In this document: piece after piece, positions 1 through 10,995 of the stretch
Position numbering within the stretch: position 1 is the stretch's first letter
Layout of the letters: the number at the start of each line of letters is the position of its first letter
Source of the DNA: Nitrospira japonica
GTDB lineage: Bacteria; Nitrospirota; Thermodesulfovibrionia; UBA6902
Assembly (NCBI GenBank): GCA_020723105.1
Contig: DYJL01000001.1
Location: 198,273 to 262,272, forward strand
Reading direction: 5' to 3'
DNA: 64,000 nt
Position numbers and translations under genes: made by a program
Notes under the pieces: model-generated
The model's database searches: none
What the model saw: the letters and a program-made list of their open reading frames with translations, nothing else
Told to the model about the DNA's origin: nothing

Positions 1-318
1 GTCGAAGCCATCTTTTATTGAAAAGATTTGGCGTCTAATAAGATAGCAAATAATACGTGAACTTCTCTTGAACTGGCTATTAAGTTATGAATGGTGACAA
101 GTTCACAGGATTGTTAAGTAGTTAGGGTTGGAAGGTGATTATTAAGGTGTTTGAGAGAATCTGAAAGAGAAAAATTAATAGTACCAATGAACAGCTCAAT
201 AGGACAATTATGGCTGAATGTCGGCTCCTGTATAAGATTCGGGCCTCAGTATAAAAGCCATGTATGAAGTTATGACTACTTTGCTATATAAATTGAAATG
301 CTGTTTGCAGAATAATAT

Positions 319-1050
319 ATGACTGAATCAGTATTTGGTGCAACTAGCGTAGGTATGAGAAGGGATAGCAATGAGGATGCTTTTCTTCTAATTCCAGACA
401 AACATATATACATCATCTCAGACGGTATGGGGGGCCATAATGCAGGAGATATTGCTAGTTTCAATGCCATAAAGACGTTGGAGAATTATTTTAATGACAA
501 AGACCTTAATTTAAGCCACCAAAGAATTAAGGAAGAAATGGTTGAATCAGTTATTAGGGCTAATCAGGAAGTTCTGAATCTGAGTATGACAAAAACTGAA
601 TATCGTGGTATGGGTTGCACTATTGTTTTATCTTTACTTCAAAAAAACATATTGCATACATGTCACATTGGTGATTCTCGTGTTTATGTAATTAATCGAT
701 TTGCTATAAAACAAATTACTAAAGACCACTCTGTCGTAACAGATTTGATCGAAACAGGGAAAATATCTAAGGAGGGAGCTCGTTATAGTCAATTTAAAAA
801 TCAACTAACTCAAGCGATCGGATCTCCTTATGCCATTGTGCCAGAATATAACAGACACGTATTGCATAAATATGATATTGTTCTGCTGTGTAGCGATGGG
901 CTTTGGGATATGCTATCAGATGATGAAATCCAGACTGTTGTTATAAGAGGGGGCAGTCCTGAAGAAATATGTCTACAACTAATTCGACAGGCAAATGAAG
1001 CTGGAGGAGAAGATAATATATCAGTAATTGTCTTAAAACAATTAGAATAG
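319..1050 (+). CDS. PP2C-family Ser/Thr protein phosphatase
   Basis: Has the PP2C metal-binding motifs: RRDSNEDAF near the N-terminus, DGMGGH, and a C-terminal GGEDNISVIVL block. Confidence 0.85.
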   Translation: MTESVFGATSVGMRRDSNEDAFLLIPDKHIYIISDGMGGHNAGDIASFNAIKTLENYFNDKDLNLSHQRIKEEMVESVIRANQEVLNLSMTKTEYRGMGCTIVLSLLQKNILHTCHIGDSRVYVINRFAIKQITKDHSVVTDLIETGKISKEGARYSQFKNQLTQAIGSPYAIVPEYNRHVLHKYDIVLLCSDGLWDMLSDDEIQTVVIRGGSPEEICLQLIRQANEAGGEDNISVIVLKQLE

Positions 1051-1194
1051 CTGGAAAATATCTTCACTCTATTTTGTCATATTTCTCATATCGATCGTAA
1101 TTAAGGTTAACCTTTTTGAAAAATATACTTCCCAACGCAGCTGTTTAATTTACAACAATCAAAAAAGTTGCAATAATGTCCGTCAGATGATCTT

Positions 1195-1794
1195 TCACGT
1201 GTCATTGCCCTTGGGGTTCATGGTATTTCTCTGTACCGTCTCAATGTCTCACGCCGTAACCGCAGTTTCATAAACAGTTGCAATGAGTTCGCGCCGGATG
1301 CACTTAGTGACTATCTATCATTTCAGGCAGCGGAACAGCACATGATGCGATCCGGTTATAGTAAAAACCATTTTGCCCACTGTGCCCTTTCCAAAGATAA
1401 AAATCTGTATTACACTCACGCCAGAAGAGGGGAGGACCTGCTTGCCTTTGGTGCTTCTGCCGACTGAGTTTTTGGTGACTTTCAATACCGTCATCCTTTA
1501 TATGGAAAGTATATAAAAGGAACTGAATCGGTTTACCCCGTGATAGAAGGCGCGGTCATGAAGACGTCGCTTGAGCGCCAGCTGCATCCCGCGGTTGTAT
1601 CTCTTATGTGTGGTACGATCATTAAAGGTTTATTAAAAGGAGTTCACACGGAAAATACATTCAATAAATGGGTCGATTCTAAATTGATCAGAATATCTGC
1701 AAATACCGATGATTATATCCTGACAGCAAACGGCTCATTGTTTGTAAACGATATGATAAATGATTTGAAGGGGAATATAGGAAGTTATGAATGA
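1195..1794 (+). pseudogene. Fragmented HemN/HemW-like radical-SAM C-terminal region (frameshifted, no N-terminal core)
   Basis: No long ORF covers 1195–1540, but one frame reads ALGVHGISLYRLN...HFAHCALSKDKNLYYTHARRGEDLLAFGASA. Then ORF 1540..1794 (different frame) looks like a HemN_C domain. The CxxxCxxC core is missing and local GC is higher than the surroundings. Confidence 0.35.
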
Positions 1795-2118
1795 CTTCGC
1801 CAAGTCTTTATTTGACAGCTTTTCTAATTTCACAAGATCGGCCGTAAGTTATTATCTGTGAATTTCATTATTTTCACTTTACTTATTTGTTTTGCATCGA
1901 GAGTCTAATTATATACCGTCCAATAATTAGACATTACCAGCCTCTTGCGTCTTTTTTCTCCTTATCGCATAACGTCATCTATATTTATAATTTGACTGAT
2001 TAATCAGCAGGTTATCGTCATTGTTTGATCAACCGTTTAGTGCTGGCATAACGGTTGCTTTATATCTATTCATTAATCAATCATTTGAAAAACAATCTAT
2101 TGAAAGGAGGATGGAGAG

Positions 2119-2520
2119 ATGAAGAAGAAAATGCCGGTAATGATCGGAGTAATTAGTGTATTCAATATTGTGGTTGGTGCGATATTAGCGCTGAGTTCTT
2201 TCGGCCTGCAATCTGGATCTGATATCGCATTACTTTTTGGAACAGGTCTTTTTTCTTTTGTAATTGGGATCGGATTAGTCAGCTTAAGATCCTGGGCAAG
2301 GAAGGCAGCTATAGCAGGCTACATACTAAATTGTGTCGTTGGATTAGCAGAGGGAAATATAATTGCTATAGCTGTTGCCTCGATTATCCTGACATATCTC
2401 CTGAGCGAAAAAGTGAGAAGGGTATATTCGATGGATAAGGAACAGCAAACAACAACCGAAAAACAAAAAGATGCAAACGTAATCTTAGAAGCACCGGTTA
2501 CAACTCAAAGCATAAATTAA
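2119..2520 (+). CDS. Small multi-pass membrane protein, unknown function
   Basis: Strong SD (AAGGAGG) 8 nt upstream. About 4 hydrophobic segments and a charged C-terminal tail. Confidence 0.5.
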   Translation: MKKKMPVMIGVISVFNIVVGAILALSSFGLQSGSDIALLFGTGLFSFVIGIGLVSLRSWARKAAIAGYILNCVVGLAEGNIIAIAVASIILTYLLSEKVRRVYSMDKEQQTTTEKQKDANVILEAPVTTQSIN

Positions 2521-2541
2521 AAAACAACAGGAGGAATCAAC

Positions 2542-2892
2542 ATGTTAGCAAATATCTTAATATGCACACTAGTTATGTGGGGTCTGTCAGCAATAGCCGT
2601 AACACCTTTAGCAAAAAGATGGTTTGAAAATGCGGTAGCTGCCAATCCGGCACTTGCAACAGCGGGTAATACAGGATCAATAAGTAATGACATGAATCCG
2701 GAGATGCAGAAGCTTTATAACATAATTTACATCAAAGCTGATGTGCTTGTGATGGGGGTTGCAGGATTTATTGCGGGACTGGCTGGTTTTCCGTTAATTG
2801 GATTTGCATGTAAGGCAAATGCATGGCCCGGCATGATAGCAATGATCGGATTGAGCTTTCTGAGTTTTCACCTGACCGGAGGTCCTCGTTAG
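2542..2892 (+). CDS. Small membrane protein, unknown function
   Basis: SD GGAGGA precedes the ATG. Hydrophobic segments. Tandem with the previous gene. Confidence 0.5.
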   Translation: MLANILICTLVMWGLSAIAVTPLAKRWFENAVAANPALATAGNTGSISNDMNPEMQKLYNIIYIKADVLVMGVAGFIAGLAGFPLIGFACKANAWPGMIAMIGLSFLSFHLTGGPR

Positions 2893-3180
2893 TTTATGAG
2901 TTCGATCAACCAATGTATTACGGCAGGGAGGGGAGTTTCCTATGGTTGGGAGACTCCTCCGGGCTCTACATTGCAATGTTTCGTACATTTATTCTGTATG
3001 GATATAGTTTTTGGAAGATTTAATTAACGACTCACGTGTTTCAGTAAAAAGTATTACTCAAAATAGTCGATCATGTAACTCAGAGGGCGGGAGCATGTCC
3101 AGTAATTTAAGCTCAAACTTAAATGGAGATTCAAAATAAATACACTAACATAATTTAACTTGAACCACTTTGTATATTAA

Positions 3181-3993
3181 GTGTATTATTCACATAGATC
3201 TATTTATAATCCGGGAGCCAAAATGAGCAATATAAAATTCTATAGATTCAGTTACTTACATGGAAAGAAACCCCTACTGCATCATCAGCGTGATGGTGAA
3301 AGCTTTATTGAACTTATGCCTCTTTTAATTGGAAAAGGTTTTGAGTACGGTGGTTTGATTCCGAATCTTGCACTGGAAGAAGGGAATAAATTTGAACCAT
3401 TGGACACCTCTTTTTTTAGAAAGGGGGATCTGATTGTGATGACAACGCGTCCACCCCTCGATGATAAAGAAGAAGGGCCTCATCTTGTTATTCGCAGGGG
3501 GGGTACAGCGCTGGAGAATAAAATATTTCATGCACTTAGAGAGTATCTTTCCGTTTGTTCAAGAAGGCAGGTATCACTGCATACATCTTTTATAGATAAA
3601 TTTTTGGCAGGCTACGATGATAGGTCGTCAATTACTTTTACAGGACACGGCAAAATAACTCGATATTTCAATGTAGCGAGATATCAGGCGACTGTGGATG
3701 CTAAAAAAAGAGTTAAACAATGGCGGCAGAAAGATGGTCGCCGGACTGCAGTTTATCTTATCTACATTGGCGAGGCATGGAAAGGTGGCCCTGATCTTAT
3801 GGTGAGTTTCGGGATGACAGGTGCGTGTAACCTTATCTGGGCATATCTGATTCGGACGAGGTTTCCGCAGTTTCTGAACAGTTATAGAATCGTTGCTGCT
3901 GAAATTTTAATTGGGGATATTCCGAGTCTGCCTGCTGATCTATCTTTTGTTGAAGGCTGGGACGTTAAGATCCTGCTTGATTATAAGCTGTAA
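3181..3993 (+). CDS. Hypothetical protein (likely start at internal Met, nt 3223)
   Basis: Long ORF with no motif I recognise. It is the first gene of the same-strand cluster that runs to 17.2 kb. Confidence 0.45.
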   Translation: MYYSHRSIYNPGAKMSNIKFYRFSYLHGKKPLLHHQRDGESFIELMPLLIGKGFEYGGLIPNLALEEGNKFEPLDTSFFRKGDLIVMTTRPPLDDKEEGPHLVIRRGGTALENKIFHALREYLSVCSRRQVSLHTSFIDKFLAGYDDRSSITFTGHGKITRYFNVARYQATVDAKKRVKQWRQKDGRRTAVYLIYIGEAWKGGPDLMVSFGMTGACNLIWAYLIRTRFPQFLNSYRIVAAEILIGDIPSLPADLSFVEGWDVKILLDYKL

Positions 3994-4264
3994 TTGTTTG
4001 GTTCTACCTTTCTGTATTATCTTTACAATATGCCGTCTCGTTCCTTTACATAGCTCAGATATGATCTACTGTGTTTAACACCTCATGTTAGTTTCATTTA
4101 TTGTTCATTTTAAAAAGAGACATTAATAATTTTCAGAAAAAAATAAATTATCTGAAAAAATCTTTTTTACTAAAAAAAACTTTCTCTCAATCTCCATTTC
4201 TGTTTTCACTTGGTACATAATTGTGCATCTAAACTTTCTTGCATTTTGATGGGTTGTCTCATTA

Positions 4265-5368
4265 ATGCCTCACATTGGAGGTGCAATGCAAACGAAAATG
4301 CTTTTTACAATCAATGAATTCACCGCACTGTCTTTGCGCTTAAACCTGATCTTGTCGGTCAAACCCATTGACTGGAAGGCTGTGCTATTGTGCATATTCA
4401 ACAAACAGTTAACGGCTGCTAATGAAGACAATCTGCTTGAGACATTATCTTACCTTAACGATGCATATGGAGAACAAAAACGCAAGGTTGGCACCCCTGC
4501 CATACTGCATCCTATTCGCTCGGCTGCAATCCTTGCCTGGGCGCATGATACGATCAACACATTGGATGTACTAACATCACTTCTGCATGACAAGGACGAG
4601 GATATACTGTCCAACAGCTACTCACCAGATAGGTGGACTAAACTTGAAGAAAGTTTCGGCAGGCTTGTTAATAAGATCGATAGTCGCGAGGAGAAATGGT
4701 TTCTCAATGAAAGAATCCATTTTTTAGCGAGAGAAAAAGAAGAAACATACAATGATTACCTTTCCCGTCTTTTCTGTCAGGCAAAAGAAACTCCTGAACT
4801 GATACGCGTAAAACTTGCTGACCGGTTGGACAACACACTTGACCTCCGATTGGATTTCTATGATCAAACTGAGGCCGTCAACTTCTATCATCTTATTTTC
4901 ACGATTCTTTTTGACGTTAAATACGCTGGTTTGAACATTCATGGGCAACATCCCTCTGCGCGTAAGATACGTGGTTCCAAGCGTCTTTATGAAATATTTA
5001 AAAACTACTGCCTGTTTTCTATCCTGTATTCAGGTGACATAGAGCTTGATGAGACTTCTCAGTGGCTGTTGCGTTCAATCGCAGATGCCAGTATCAGTGA
5101 GGCACAGAATGTTCTTCTTCATATCTTTGCCTATCATCTAAGAGAACCTGAAGATCAAAGAAGGGTGATCAGGAGTATCTTGGATTCTCACGGAGATGAA
5201 ATTATTGGAGATAACAGATTATTAGACAGATTAATAAAAAATACTTTTAACCTTGAAAACAAAAGTAACCGGAAGCAAAGCTTGGATGATCTATATGATG
5301 ATAAAGAGCGGATGGTAAAGACTGCCATAGCTTTCGTAGTGCTTTTTAACAACTACCTGTTTGAGTAA
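4265..5368 (+). CDS. HD-domain protein resembling the RelA/SpoT (p)ppGpp hydrolase domain (SAH/Mesh1-like)
   Basis: GTPAILHPIRSAAILA...LLHDKDED matches the Rel/SpoT hydrolase H..HD..ED block. RVKLADRLDNTLDL matches the conserved KLADRLHNMRTL helix. Confidence 0.6.
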   Translation: MPHIGGAMQTKMLFTINEFTALSLRLNLILSVKPIDWKAVLLCIFNKQLTAANEDNLLETLSYLNDAYGEQKRKVGTPAILHPIRSAAILAWAHDTINTLDVLTSLLHDKDEDILSNSYSPDRWTKLEESFGRLVNKIDSREEKWFLNERIHFLAREKEETYNDYLSRLFCQAKETPELIRVKLADRLDNTLDLRLDFYDQTEAVNFYHLIFTILFDVKYAGLNIHGQHPSARKIRGSKRLYEIFKNYCLFSILYSGDIELDETSQWLLRSIADASISEAQNVLLHIFAYHLREPEDQRRVIRSILDSHGDEIIGDNRLLDRLIKNTFNLENKSNRKQSLDDLYDDKERMVKTAIAFVVLFNNYLFE

Positions 5369-5553
5369 TGTAGTTGTTCACATTTGTTCACTGGCTTAAT
5401 TATTTTATTATGAGAAATATATTAGCCTCTTTCGTATATATAGACGGCCGCTCCTGTTTTTAATATTGTTTGGCGGTGATATTGCAAAATGCTTTTATGT
5501 AACTGAGAGTGCGGAGCATGCCCAAAACAAATAACCTAATAAAGGAGACAATC

Positions 5554-6498
5554 ATGAAACTCGAAAATGTCGGTAGTTTTGAGAGGGTGGAGATGGGGGG
5601 GAAGACTGTTTTAATCCCTAATCCTACAGATATCCCTGAGTATAAATTCATTGGCAGGGAGCGGATCATCGAAAAGGCGCTTGCGGCCTGGACGTGTATT
5701 AACGGGACAACTCCCCTGAACTTCAGACTCTACGGGCCTCCGGGGATCGGGAAGAATGCGCTTGTGTATGAGCTTGCGCGTATTCTCAATAAAGACCTTT
5801 ACATCATCAACGGACATGAAGAGCTTGGGCCTGAGGATGTTGCGTGTTCTGCAACCATGACATCGAAGAACACGATAGAGTATGTGGCGTCACCATTGTT
5901 TGCGGCAATGCTTAGGGGGGGGATTTTCTTCTTCGATGAGATAGGTAAGACCCCTCAGTCAGCTCTCGATCCGCTTGCCTCTGTGCTTGATGACCGGAGG
6001 AGTATGACATCGGTGCTTGCGGGGATACATCTGAAGGCGCATCCTGATTTCCTCTGCTGTGCGGCATTGAATGAAGATGAAGAAAACGGCGTAGGCCTGC
6101 CGGGCTTTATTGATGAACGAACACGGCCTGCCATCTATGTCGGATATCCGTATGTTTCAGAAGTTGAAGAGATCCTGATGAGCAGGATGAAGGAGGTGCC
6201 GGATATCTGGGTGAGGGCGCTGCTCTCGGATTTTAAACATGTCAATCTGTCCACACGTAACGCTATCACCCTTCTGGGATACGCATACAGGCTTGCAAAA
6301 AAGGGAAACGGTAAATCAGCGCCCCTAAGCGAGAAGGAAATAAAAGAATACATTGCCAATGCGTACAAGCACATAAAAGCGGGAGATGAAGACCAGAAGA
6401 AAGAACATAACGCGAACCTTAAAAAAGGCTTAGAAACTTACACAGGAGATTTATATGCTAACCAGATCGTTAGTCAGAGTAAGGAAACAGTACATTGA
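5554..6498 (+). CDS. MoxR-type AAA_5 ATPase
   Basis: Walker A LYGPPGIGKN and Walker B FFFDEIGK. The LGPEDV / QSALDPL...DDRRSMT pattern is typical of MoxR/CbbQ/NorQ ATPases. SD AAGGAG lies 6 nt before the ATG at 5554; the track ORF begins at 5509. Confidence 0.75.
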   Translation: MKLENVGSFERVEMGGKTVLIPNPTDIPEYKFIGRERIIEKALAAWTCINGTTPLNFRLYGPPGIGKNALVYELARILNKDLYIINGHEELGPEDVACSATMTSKNTIEYVASPLFAAMLRGGIFFFDEIGKTPQSALDPLASVLDDRRSMTSVLAGIHLKAHPDFLCCAALNEDEENGVGLPGFIDERTRPAIYVGYPYVSEVEEILMSRMKEVPDIWVRALLSDFKHVNLSTRNAITLLGYAYRLAKKGNGKSAPLSEKEIKEYIANAYKHIKAGDEDQKKEHNANLKKGLETYTGDLYANQIVSQSKETVH

Positions 6499-6665
6499 GA
6501 AAAGATTGAAAGTTCATAAGATTAAGAAAAGAGAACTCAGTAGACAGTAGTCAGAAGAAAGAAAGCAGGAAGTAGGCAGAAGAACGAAGTCCATTCTGAA
6601 TTCTGGATTCTTCTGTTTTAACTTTCGAACTTACGAGCTTATGATCTTTCACTCTTTATTGCTTT

Positions 6666-8762
6666 ATGAAAAAGAAACAGTACATCAAGCATAACAAGTT
6701 CGACAATTTGTATGTGATTCCTTACATACGGGGGAGGCTGGTGTTTGCAGAGATGGCGGCTCGTGCTATTGAAGAAGATAATTTTGAGCAGGTGGTGGCG
6801 GATTTACCGTTCTTCATGAATACGGGAGCACTCTGGGAAAAGGCTGTAAAGTTATTTCCTCAGGTAAGTTCACTGCTCATTAAGAGAAACGATGATACGT
6901 TTGCGGTCTTTCCCTTTGTCCCTAATGATGCTGCCTGCATGTCGCTTGCTGCTGTTAAGCTGCTGAAGGATTGGGGCAGGGATATTGAATTGCGGTGTAT
7001 AGATGATTCACATATCATTCACTATCCGCGCGAATCCCTTGTTCAGCCGGTTATCAGGATGCGGGATGATCAATTTGTTTTCACAGAGGGCCTCGATGAA
7101 TATTACAATGCCATGTATGCTCAGCTTGAGTCTTCACTGAGCGAAGTGACAGAGGACCAGCGCTTATTCAATGAATACAGGGCAATCCTTGTGAGTGAAC
7201 GGATCAAAGGATGTATGGCCGGAGGCAAAAAGACCCTTTTTGTATGTGAGTACAGGCTCTGGTGGCAAATACAGAAAACACTGAATGCGTCCCATCCAAA
7301 ACCCGTTCACTATTATGCCCAGAAATGGAAGGATGTACAGGCAGCACACGTCCTTAGTGATCCGATTGATCTCTGGAAGCGCGGGGCGATGGATGATTCA
7401 ACGACTATAGTGAAGCAGTTCTATGACAGATTTCAGTCCGCTTCTTTAAAGACATTTGACAAGCTTGATGAAATTGCCGCATTGATCAAAAATCACTTCA
7501 AGGTGGAGTCACAGAGAAGGCGGGGCTGTTCATCGATCAGAAAGACCATCTTATTTTACCAGTACCTGCAGAACCGGGTTGCAGCAGATCTACGCATTAC
7601 GCCTCTTGTTATCCGGCATCTTTATGACAGCGCCCATTCATGCATCGGGAGGCAGTATGCAAAAACGCTGGCTGTGAAATGTCTTGAGTATCCTTATTCA
7701 GGACAAGACAGTGTTCAGCGCTTTATTGTGATCGGGCAAAATTCAGTTACCATGGGTACAGAGGGTTTCGATATCCCCCATTCAGCGAAAAGACTTTTTC
7801 TCTATACAGGCACTGATCAGTATTCATATGATCATTTTCATGATGACCTGTCCTGGGCTGTAGACAGAAATACCATGCTCGACGATTTCTTCAATAACCT
7901 CAGCGACAGTGAAAAGAATGGTCTGTCAAATTACACCGGCTTCAAATGGGAGATCAGAAGGGACTTCAAGCTCATTGAGAGTGTATGCAGTGATGCTCGA
8001 GAGAGGATCATGCGGGAGCAGTATAAAGAAAAAAACATGAGGAGCTGGGGCTCAATGGGGGATGGGATAGAATGGAAGGCGACGATCGCGTCAAGGGCCA
8101 GCGGAGAGGATTCGGTATACATAAGAAAGAGAAGCATGAACAGAAATAACGGCAAAAAACTTAATGAGTTCACACCAGTGATATTTATATTTACGGATGA
8201 CATGAAAGGACATGTAGTGAAGCATCTGGAAGAAGGTAATGAGGCTTATCATTACTATGCTTCGGAAGAAAAGGATTTTATTGATTTCAGAAAGATGAAG
8301 GTTGATTGTGTCCATTATGCGCTTATGACCTATCCGGAAGAGAAAGTTGTCTATCCGAAGCATATCTTCAGGTGTGATCTGTCATCCCTTGCGCTCATGT
8401 ATACGAGAGGGTTGTTAAAGGAGCAGAGGTTCAAACAGCTCATAAAAAGACCTGAGAGATATTTGTGCCGTACATTTCCGCAGCTCGACACAGAGATCAA
8501 GAACTTTCCATTATCTGAGATCGGCGTTGCGTGGGGCTTGAAATACGCTGAAGAGTCTGTTCTGGTCATTGCGAAGGACGGATGGAGATCTTCAGAGGAG
8601 CTGGCAGAGTTTGCCGAAAATAAAAAAACGCGTATCATGCATCAGCCATTGTCGCGGTTCAGCCCTGACGTGATAGAGCGGCTCAGAAAATTATACCTAA
8701 TATCGACCGACCTGGAGTACCATCCCGGCCGCGACAGTATTGTGAAGAGGTTTGTGGATTAG
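6666..8762 (+). CDS. Uncharacterised 698-aa protein, paralog A of a tandem family
   Basis: Shares N-terminal (MKKKQYIK..NLYVIPYIRGRLVFAE), internal (KTLFVCEYRLW; FYQYL.NR; FTPV.FIFTDD) and C-terminal (GVAWGLKYAEE..IAKDGW) blocks with ORFs 8899..10995 and 14487..16586. Confidence 0.7.
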   Translation: MKKKQYIKHNKFDNLYVIPYIRGRLVFAEMAARAIEEDNFEQVVADLPFFMNTGALWEKAVKLFPQVSSLLIKRNDDTFAVFPFVPNDAACMSLAAVKLLKDWGRDIELRCIDDSHIIHYPRESLVQPVIRMRDDQFVFTEGLDEYYNAMYAQLESSLSEVTEDQRLFNEYRAILVSERIKGCMAGGKKTLFVCEYRLWWQIQKTLNASHPKPVHYYAQKWKDVQAAHVLSDPIDLWKRGAMDDSTTIVKQFYDRFQSASLKTFDKLDEIAALIKNHFKVESQRRRGCSSIRKTILFYQYLQNRVAADLRITPLVIRHLYDSAHSCIGRQYAKTLAVKCLEYPYSGQDSVQRFIVIGQNSVTMGTEGFDIPHSAKRLFLYTGTDQYSYDHFHDDLSWAVDRNTMLDDFFNNLSDSEKNGLSNYTGFKWEIRRDFKLIESVCSDARERIMREQYKEKNMRSWGSMGDGIEWKATIASRASGEDSVYIRKRSMNRNNGKKLNEFTPVIFIFTDDMKGHVVKHLEEGNEAYHYYASEEKDFIDFRKMKVDCVHYALMTYPEEKVVYPKHIFRCDLSSLALMYTRGLLKEQRFKQLIKRPERYLCRTFPQLDTEIKNFPLSEIGVAWGLKYAEESVLVIAKDGWRSSEELAEFAENKKTRIMHQPLSRFSPDVIERLRKLYLISTDLEYHPGRDSIVKRFVD

Positions 8763-8861
8763 GCAATTTATAAAGTTCGTAAGGTTGAGAAAAGGAGATA
8801 GTAGGAAGAAGGTAGTAGGCAGAAGGCAGAAGAAGGATGGCCATTCTGGATTCTTCTGATA

Positions 8862-8873
8862 AGCTTTCAAGCT
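8862..8873. promoter_or_regulatory. Perfect palindrome AGCTTTCAAGCT upstream of paralog B (candidate operator); adjacent half-site repeat GTCAAGCT..CCAGCTT
   Basis: Seen directly in the sequence. The same 12-mer recurs at 14441..14452 upstream of paralog C, and a degenerate version (CTTTCGAAC) lies upstream of paralog A. Confidence 0.4.
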
Positions 8874-8898
8874 GTCAAGCTGGCCAGCTTTAACTGTT

Positions 8899-10995
8899 AT
8901 GAAAAAGAAACAATACATCAGGCTGACTGGATTTGAGAACTTGTATGTGATCCCTTACGTTCGAGGCCGGCTGGTGTTTGCGGAGCTTGTGGCCCGTGCG
9001 ATAGAGGAGGATGGGTTTGAGCAGGTTATAGTTGACCTTCCATTTTTTCTGAATAAAGGAGGTGTATGGGAAGAGGCGGTGAAACAGTTTCCTCATGTAA
9101 GTTCACTATATTTCAGAATAGAAGACGGCCGCTTTGCAGCGATCCTCTTTACCCCATCTGATGCAGTATCCACTGCGCTCTCGTCTATTCAGATCCTCAG
9201 GGAATGGGGAAACAGCATTGACCTTCAGTGTATCGATGATTCACGGGTAATTCATTATCCCAAAGGGAGCCTGGCCTTTCCGGACGTCAATGTGGGCGAT
9301 GACTACTCTGTATTTATCCAGGGACTGGCTGAATATTTTAACTGCCTCTACGATCAGCTCGATGGTGAATGGAAAGAGGTCAGCAAAGATCAGAGGTTCT
9401 TCAATGAGTACCGGGCAGGTCTTATCAGCGACCGGCTCAGGGGTTATCTGAGGGGCGGGAAGAAGACTCTCTTTGTGTGTGAATACAGGCTGTGGTGGCT
9501 TGCAAGTAAGATGTTTATCAATGAGCGTCCTGTTCCGGAGCACTATTTTTCTCATCCCTGGAAAGACGTCAAGGCAGTCCTTGTGGTTGATTCCCCTCTC
9601 AAATTATGGGTGAAGGGGGCCCTTGATGATTACCCTGCTGTGGTTTATGAATTTTATAATAATTTAAGAAAGGGAATCACCGCGTCGTTTGATAAACTTG
9701 CAGCCGCAGAGACTATTCTCAACCGATCATTCCATCATGACCGTGATCACAATGTCGATGGAGCTTCTTTGCGCAGGGTCATCATTTTTTACCAATATCT
9801 CAGGAACAGGCTGCTCAGTGAATGCCGCCTGACGCCTCTGGTGCTCCGGCACCTCTACGATGCGGCATATTCCTGTCTTGGGAAAAAAATGGCAAACAGT
9901 ATCACAAAGAATCTGCTTTTCTATCCGCAGGGTAAACATAACAGGAAGAAAAACCTGAGCATCAGGGAGGACAGCAGTATAGAGAACGATCATCCGGATG
10001 ACATCAGGAAGCTTTCAAAAGGGTTGTCCTCTATGAGTGGTGAAAATAAATTGCCTATGGATACATTGTATGACGGATACCGTAAACCGGTAGAAGAACT
10101 GCAGATCATTAGCAGGCTTTACCCAAGGCTGGAGAGCAATATTTTAACATCTGAGGGGGAATGGATAGGTATAACCTGGTCGATCAAGGCGGATTATTAT
10201 CAATACGAGCTTGCCGCTATTAAACTGAGAAATGTGCTGGCAGGAAGAGATCAGCGGCGCAGGATAATAAAAAGCAGTGGTTCAATACGAAATGGCATCC
10301 ACTGGAAAGCTACTATAAACGCCCGCGCATTGAAAGAAGACACTTTGTATGTTAAGCACAAATACCGGCAGAAGAGACAGAAAAGAAATAAGCTTGACGA
10401 ATTTACTCCGGTCACCTTTATTTTTACCGACGATTTCAGGGTACACTGGTACAGGGAAATATACTCATCCAACAGATCGCGGAGATACCTCGACCTGAAC
10501 CCGTATACGTCCTTGCCGAATGGCTATCCACCTCCTGATCTGGTCATTAATGCTCTATACAGTCTTTATGATATGAAAGAACTGAGCGGGGGACATATTG
10601 TTAAACGGGCAGTCTCTTCCATTACACTCCTGTATAACAAGAGGGTTGTCGATGATGCCCGATATGATGCTATCAGCAGCAGGCGTGACCGGTTCCCTGT
10701 TCGCTGCGGTGCCATCACGGACACTGAACTCATATCCTTTTCCATACCTGAAAAGGGCATCGCCTGGGCAGTCAAATACGCAGAACATACAGTGGTAGTC
10801 GCAGCAAAACCCGGATGGAAACCGTCGCAAAGCCTTGCCGAATTCAGCAGGCAAAGAAATATCGAGATCGCCCACGTGCCCCTGTCGGTATTTCAGAAAG
10901 AATTTATAGGCCGACTGAAGACCATGTACTTCACCTCAACAGCAATAAAGAGACGGCCTGACAGGGATGAGATTGTGGGGAGGTTTATTGAGTGA
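8899..10995 (+). CDS. Uncharacterised 698-aa protein, paralog B
   Basis: Same conserved blocks as paralog A. Conserved upstream element including the palindrome AGCTTTCAAGCT. Confidence 0.7.
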   Translation: MKKKQYIRLTGFENLYVIPYVRGRLVFAELVARAIEEDGFEQVIVDLPFFLNKGGVWEEAVKQFPHVSSLYFRIEDGRFAAILFTPSDAVSTALSSIQILREWGNSIDLQCIDDSRVIHYPKGSLAFPDVNVGDDYSVFIQGLAEYFNCLYDQLDGEWKEVSKDQRFFNEYRAGLISDRLRGYLRGGKKTLFVCEYRLWWLASKMFINERPVPEHYFSHPWKDVKAVLVVDSPLKLWVKGALDDYPAVVYEFYNNLRKGITASFDKLAAAETILNRSFHHDRDHNVDGASLRRVIIFYQYLRNRLLSECRLTPLVLRHLYDAAYSCLGKKMANSITKNLLFYPQGKHNRKKNLSIREDSSIENDHPDDIRKLSKGLSSMSGENKLPMDTLYDGYRKPVEELQIISRLYPRLESNILTSEGEWIGITWSIKADYYQYELAAIKLRNVLAGRDQRRRIIKSSGSIRNGIHWKATINARALKEDTLYVKHKYRQKRQKRNKLDEFTPVTFIFTDDFRVHWYREIYSSNRSRRYLDLNPYTSLPNGYPPPDLVINALYSLYDMKELSGGHIVKRAVSSITLLYNKRVVDDARYDAISSRRDRFPVRCGAITDTELISFSIPEKGIAWAVKYAEHTVVVAAKPGWKPSQSLAEFSRQRNIEIAHVPLSVFQKEFIGRLKTMYFTSTAIKRRPDRDEIVGRFIE

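Noticed and set aside
828-1067. Minus-strand 79-aa ORF overlapping the 3' end of the PP2C gene. The same applies to many other 60–110-aa antisense ORFs in the track, for example 7164..7349, 7931..8203, 9241..9555, 10555..10875, 12279..12834, 25214..25726, 26026..26568, 28531..28977, 52117..52575 and 53194..53925.
   Set aside because: Each lies entirely within a longer ORF on the other strand that has clear protein-family motifs. None has a start/SD context. They are shadow ORFs.
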